Assembly (NCBI GenBank): GCA_038824035.1
Contig: JAWBBW010000016.1
Span: forward strand, 1-32,498
Reading direction: 5' to 3'
Source of the DNA: Desulfurococcaceae archaeon
Lineage (GTDB): Archaea > Thermoproteota > Thermoprotei_A > Sulfolobales > Desulfurococcaceae
Length of the DNA: 32,498 nucleotides
The position numbers were made by a program, and so were the translations under genes. Below are positions 29,113-32,498 of this stretch, one piece after another. The notes beneath the pieces are model-generated. The model was given only the letters and a program-made list of their open reading frames with translations, searched no databases and was not told the origin of the DNA. Numbering within the stretch: position 1 is the first letter of the stretch; each line of letters opens with the position of its first letter.

Positions 29113-30849
29113 TTGTCAACAGTGTTCAGGGGTATTCCAGTCTCAGAGGGTATAGTTGCCTCAGAGACGATTAAATACGGTTTGTCTACAACGTTACTCG
29201 ATGCCATAGCTGATTGTAAAGCCGGTGAGAATGAGGAGCAGAGATTACTTAATGCACTCGAGGTTTTCAAAGGCTACGTAGAAAAGGTGATGGAGATGGT
29301 AAATGAGAGTGAGAAAGAATTGTTACAGGCATATATCTTGATGGCAGAGGCCCTCGTTAACGAGTCCATTGAGATCGTCAGTAGCGAGGAAATATGTGGG
29401 GAACTCGCGATTAAACGTGTATTCGAGAAATACAGTGCCATGCTGAGGAGTGCTGGGTCAGGTTTGATCGCCATGAGAGAGGCCGATCTAAGGGAGATAG
29501 CTTTGATCCTGGCTAACAACATGATCTCTGGGGATTCTCACCGGGCTATAATGGAATTGAGGGATAAAATAATAGTCTCAGAAGAATTGACGCCGATGGC
29601 TTTCATGGGATTGATCAGGGCTGGCATCAAGGGGCTTGTTACGGTGAAAGGAGGATATACATCGCATATAGCCATATTGGCTAGATCTCGTGGGATACCA
29701 TATGTTGTGATCCCATCGCTCAATATTGAGGAATTTCCGAGGAGTGCAAGGGGTGTTCTCGATGGATTTGAAGGCGCACTCATAGTTAACCCAGATATTG
29801 ATGTGTTTTACCGTTATCAAAGGAAATCAGATATCGTGAATAGACTCATGGATACATTGAGGAGAAGCGCTCTTGGAAAGGCGAAAAGTCTCGATAACAC
29901 GGAGATCGATGTTCTCTGCAATGTAGGTGACTTGGAAGAGGCGAGATCAGCGTTGATGCAGGGCTGTGATGGCATTGGCGTGTTCAGGGTCGAGTTTCTC
30001 TATGTATCTGGCTCATTGCCTAGTGAGAATGCGTTGTTCAACGCGTTCGCTAAGATCGCCCAGATATATGATATGAAACCCGTTGTCATAAGAGCCCCCG
30101 ATCTCGGCGCGGATAAGCCATTGCCATTTTTTAGGATAAGGGAGGAAAATCCCGCTCTGGGCTTACGTGGGATCAGGCTGTTACTAGAATATAGAGAGGA
30201 GTTGCTCAAACCCTTTCTCAGGGCTTTTCTCAGGGCATTATCTAGCCATGGTAATCTGAGATTACTAATACCCATGGTAACTAAGCTGGGCGAGGTATAT
30301 GATTTCATAAATATCTTGGAGAACACGGCATCCGAGATTATAGGCGTTGATGTATTGAATAAATTGGCTATCGGAGTGATGATCGAGACGCCTGCTGCAG
30401 CGCTAATTATCGACAAGTTCGCCGAAATACCGTTCATAAGGTTTGCAAGTCTTGGAACAAATGACCTTGTCCAGTATACGCTGGCTGTTGATAGGAATAA
30501 TCCTAGAATAAGTTATCTATACAATGAACTAGAGCCATCTGTTCTAAGGCTTATTAAGCAAACAGTGGATTTGGCTGGTAAAAAAGGCTTACACCTGGAG
30601 ATATGTGGTGAAATGGCAAGTAGGCCCATGGCCATACCGGTTATCCTATCACTAGGCATTAGGACGCTTAGTGTAAACCCTAGATATGTTGGTATCGTGA
30701 AATACCTCGTAAACAACATCAATATATCCCGTATCTCGGAGAACCTGGCAACAGTCCTGGATGTGGAGGATTCTAGCAAGGTATTGGAGAAAGTAAGGGA
30801 GATTTACAAGGAGCATGGATTGATCGATATACTCGAGCTATATGGCTAG
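29113..30849 (+). CDS. ptsI: PEP-protein phosphotransferase, PTS enzyme I
   Basis: GGYTSHIAILARS (phospho-His), GIGVFRVEF, DLGADK, EENPALGLRGIR, MIETPAA, SLGTNDLVQY.LAVDR, ICGEMA. Confidence 0.95.
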   Translation: MSTVFRGIPVSEGIVASETIKYGLSTTLLDAIADCKAGENEEQRLLNALEVFKGYVEKVMEMVNESEKELLQAYILMAEALVNESIEIVSSEEICGELAIKRVFEKYSAMLRSAGSGLIAMREADLREIALILANNMISGDSHRAIMELRDKIIVSEELTPMAFMGLIRAGIKGLVTVKGGYTSHIAILARSRGIPYVVIPSLNIEEFPRSARGVLDGFEGALIVNPDIDVFYRYQRKSDIVNRLMDTLRRSALGKAKSLDNTEIDVLCNVGDLEEARSALMQGCDGIGVFRVEFLYVSGSLPSENALFNAFAKIAQIYDMKPVVIRAPDLGADKPLPFFRIREENPALGLRGIRLLLEYREELLKPFLRAFLRALSSHGNLRLLIPMVTKLGEVYDFINILENTASEIIGVDVLNKLAIGVMIETPAAALIIDKFAEIPFIRFASLGTNDLVQYTLAVDRNNPRISYLYNELEPSVLRLIKQTVDLAGKKGLHLEICGEMASRPMAIPVILSLGIRTLSVNPRYVGIVKYLVNNINISRISENLATVLDVEDSSKVLEKVREIYKEHGLIDILELYG

Positions 30850-30941
30850 CTCGATCTCTTCATGATCAGGCTCGATGATCCAATTAGCTACTGGCTACTG
30901 AGGTATTGCTTAATAACCGGCATATAATTACTATCTAAATG

Positions 30942-31001
30942 GCAGATGAGGAAGAGTTGGCGAAGCGATTAAATGAGCGATCACAGCCTCCTCGCCGATG
31001 C
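30942..31001 (+). ncRNA. Candidate C/D box 2'-O-methylation guide sRNA
   Basis: Box C-like ATGAGGA 30946-30952; 12-nt spacer; D'-like GCGA 30965-30968; C'-like ATGAGCG 30973-30979; D-like CCGA 30995-30998; terminal GCA/TGC stem; TATA-like ATATAATTA at 30922-30930. Boxes are degenerate. Confidence 0.45.
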
Positions 31002-31043
31002 AATGTATAAAATCCTTTCACATAGATGATATATCATGACAAG

Positions 31044-31128
31044 GCGGGGGTGCCCGAGCCTGGTCAAAGGGGTCGGGCTCAGAACCCGATGGCGTAGGCC
31101 TGCGTGGGTTCAAATCCCACCCCCCGCA
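31044..31128 (+). tRNA. tRNA-Leu (anticodon CAG)
   Basis: GCGGGGG acceptor stem; anticodon arm TCGGG-CTCAGAA-CCCGA; long variable arm; GTGGG-TTCAAAT-CCCAC T-arm; discriminator A; no encoded CCA; TATAAAA at about 31006. Confidence 0.97.
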
Positions 31129-31801
31129 TCCCTGTTTAGATGGAAAGTTAACCACATCCCCGGCTAGCATTCTAGTTATTCGCTTCAAGCCTCGTTTATT
31201 ATGATGATGGTTAAGATCTGTATCCGCTGAGCCTATTGTTCAGCCCGTCAGCCACGATCGGTATACAACCCGCTGGCATGAGTTTCGATCCAAACGTTGT
31301 TGAAAAGAAGTTCGTTGTCTCTATGGCTGGGGCATTTACGAAGTACATTCATAGTCTGGCATTTTTCGATACAGGTGTGATAGATATCACACTGACAACG
31401 CTGCAAGGAACATCGAAGATCGCTGACATCTCTGCAAGCGGCAGGCGATGAGGAGATTCCAGTCATAATCATTGAGATGGGGCAGGAGATCGAAATCAAA
31501 AGTAGCAATGGAACTACTCCGTCATCAATATTTGATCAGGTATTATTACCTCAGTTCAATAAATCTATACAAGTGGTGGACTCAACTCGCTTATAGCTGA
31601 AACAATATATGTGGGGCTTTCACAGATCTGTATCGAATCGATATCTCTTCCACAATTTACAGCGTGATGCCCGTGATCGTTGTGATTTATATCGATATCA
31701 ATATCACTAGTGTTTTCGAGATACGTGCCAGGAATGGTTGAGAGAATATTTTTGCTTCTCTCCTATATTATTCTCGAAGGTATATTATTCTAGGTGTGTG
31801 G

Positions 31802-32498
31802 ATGAAAGCTTTGACGATCTTATCGCTTGTGCTCGTTGCCCTGGGCTTCGCTATTGCTCACGCTCACAGTGTTTACAACGTTATCGATGCCCAGCGTGCG
31901 TTATTATTTTTGAGATCACAATATATCGAGGAAGCCGGATTACTGAGAGCATCTGTAAGAACATATCCAGACAATATAACAATCTACATAGCGAACGACA
32001 ACATCCTCGCATCGAGAGCCCTCGCTGTCTTGGGAGACAGGGATCTATCCAGTAGAATTCTCACGAAGCTTGACAACGAATATGGGGGAGGCTTTAACGG
32101 TAGAATAGAGATACTTTTCGGCGTTGACATACCAGACATGTTCTACACAACGAAGTACGAGTACATTGGAGAAGTGAATGGCTATGTCATACTCTACGAG
32201 AAACCTGGAGACCAGGTTATCGAGGACTGGTATGAATACGCTGATCTACTCGTGTATCGTGCACTGGATCGGTTGCTCTGGGGCTCTAAACCACAAGCTG
32301 AGCTCCTGTTCTTGAATTTAACAAGGATGTGGGATGGATATGGGTTCAGAGATAAAGCATACAAGGCTACAGGCGTGTACAATACGTACAAGTGCGCGCT
32401 CTTCATCTACCTTTACCGCGCTCTTGATTCAGCTGGATCAGATGTTGTCAAAGACTACGTTTACATCAGGAACAAGTGCTTAGAAGTAGTTGTTCTCG
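31802..32498 (+). CDS. Secreted/surface hypothetical protein, 3'-partial (not in the ORF track)
   Basis: Manual translation MKALTILSLVLVALGFAIAHAHSVYNVIDAQRALLFLRSQY...IYIANDN...DWYEYADLL...MWDGYGFRDKAY...YNTYKCALF is open to the window end (232 codons); AGGTG SD-like motif upstream; N-terminal signal peptide. Confidence 0.85.
   Translation, partial: MKALTILSLVLVALGFAIAHAHSVYNVIDAQRALLFLRSQYIEEAGLLRASVRTYPDNITIYIANDNILASRALAVLGDRDLSSRILTKLDNEYGGGFNGRIEILFGVDIPDMFYTTKYEYIGEVNGYVILYEKPGDQVIEDWYEYADLLVYRALDRLLWGSKPQAELLFLNLTRMWDGYGFRDKAYKATGVYNTYKCALFIYLYRALDSAGSDVVKDYVYIRNKCLEVVVL

Noticed and set aside
30850-30901. GATGAT...CTGA element right after ptsI
   Set aside because: No convincing box C or full four-box architecture.
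22649-31128. PTS cluster as a tRNA-Leu-integrated mobile element
   Set aside because: It lies on the 5' side of the tRNA; no integrase, transposase or att duplication was seen, and there is no obvious compositional shift by eye.
31201-31230. ATGATGA...CTGA, a second possible C/D sRNA, with a small hairpin at about 31226-31244
   Set aside because: Only one box pair with a 19-nt spacer and no clear second pair; insufficient support.
31738-32055. 105-aa Cys-rich ORF resembling a zinc finger
   Set aside because: It overlaps out of frame the far more convincing secreted-protein ORF starting at 31802.
1-32498. CRISPR arrays, IS elements, rRNA, tRNA introns, inteins
   Set aside because: No periodic repeats, transposase or rRNA-like sequence was seen; both tRNAs are intron-free and protein lengths are normal for their families.

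Overview
Gene-dense chromosomal segment of a thermophilic crenarchaeon, most consistent with Desulfurococcales. This assignment is inferred from the short crenarchaeal XPF, Hel308, ArlJ, AglH, GC-rich tRNAs without encoded CCA and many TTG starts. The left two-thirds is mostly housekeeping: arlJ, a PLP amino-acid racemase with a divergent YkvI-like transporter, tRNA-Val, a P-type ATPase, nnr, a frameshifted ArsB/NhaD-type permease, a GNAT, xpf, aglH, an MFS transporter, class II HMG-CoA reductase, hypA with an Mrp-type ATPase, hel308, moeA and a nitrilase. The standout is an ~8.2-kb cluster (22649-30849) encoding a complete bacterial-type PEP:sugar phosphotransferase system (EI, HPr, mannose-family EIIA, EIIB and a fused EIIC-EIID). 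It is interleaved with nagA, a UPF0309/NagS-like SIS protein and a ceramidase-like amidohydrolase, and lacks nagB, suggesting an unusual amino-sugar uptake and catabolic route. Downstream are a candidate C/D box sRNA, tRNA-Leu and a secreted hypothetical protein that is missing from the ORF track and runs off the window end. All family assignments come from motif recognition; no database search was run.
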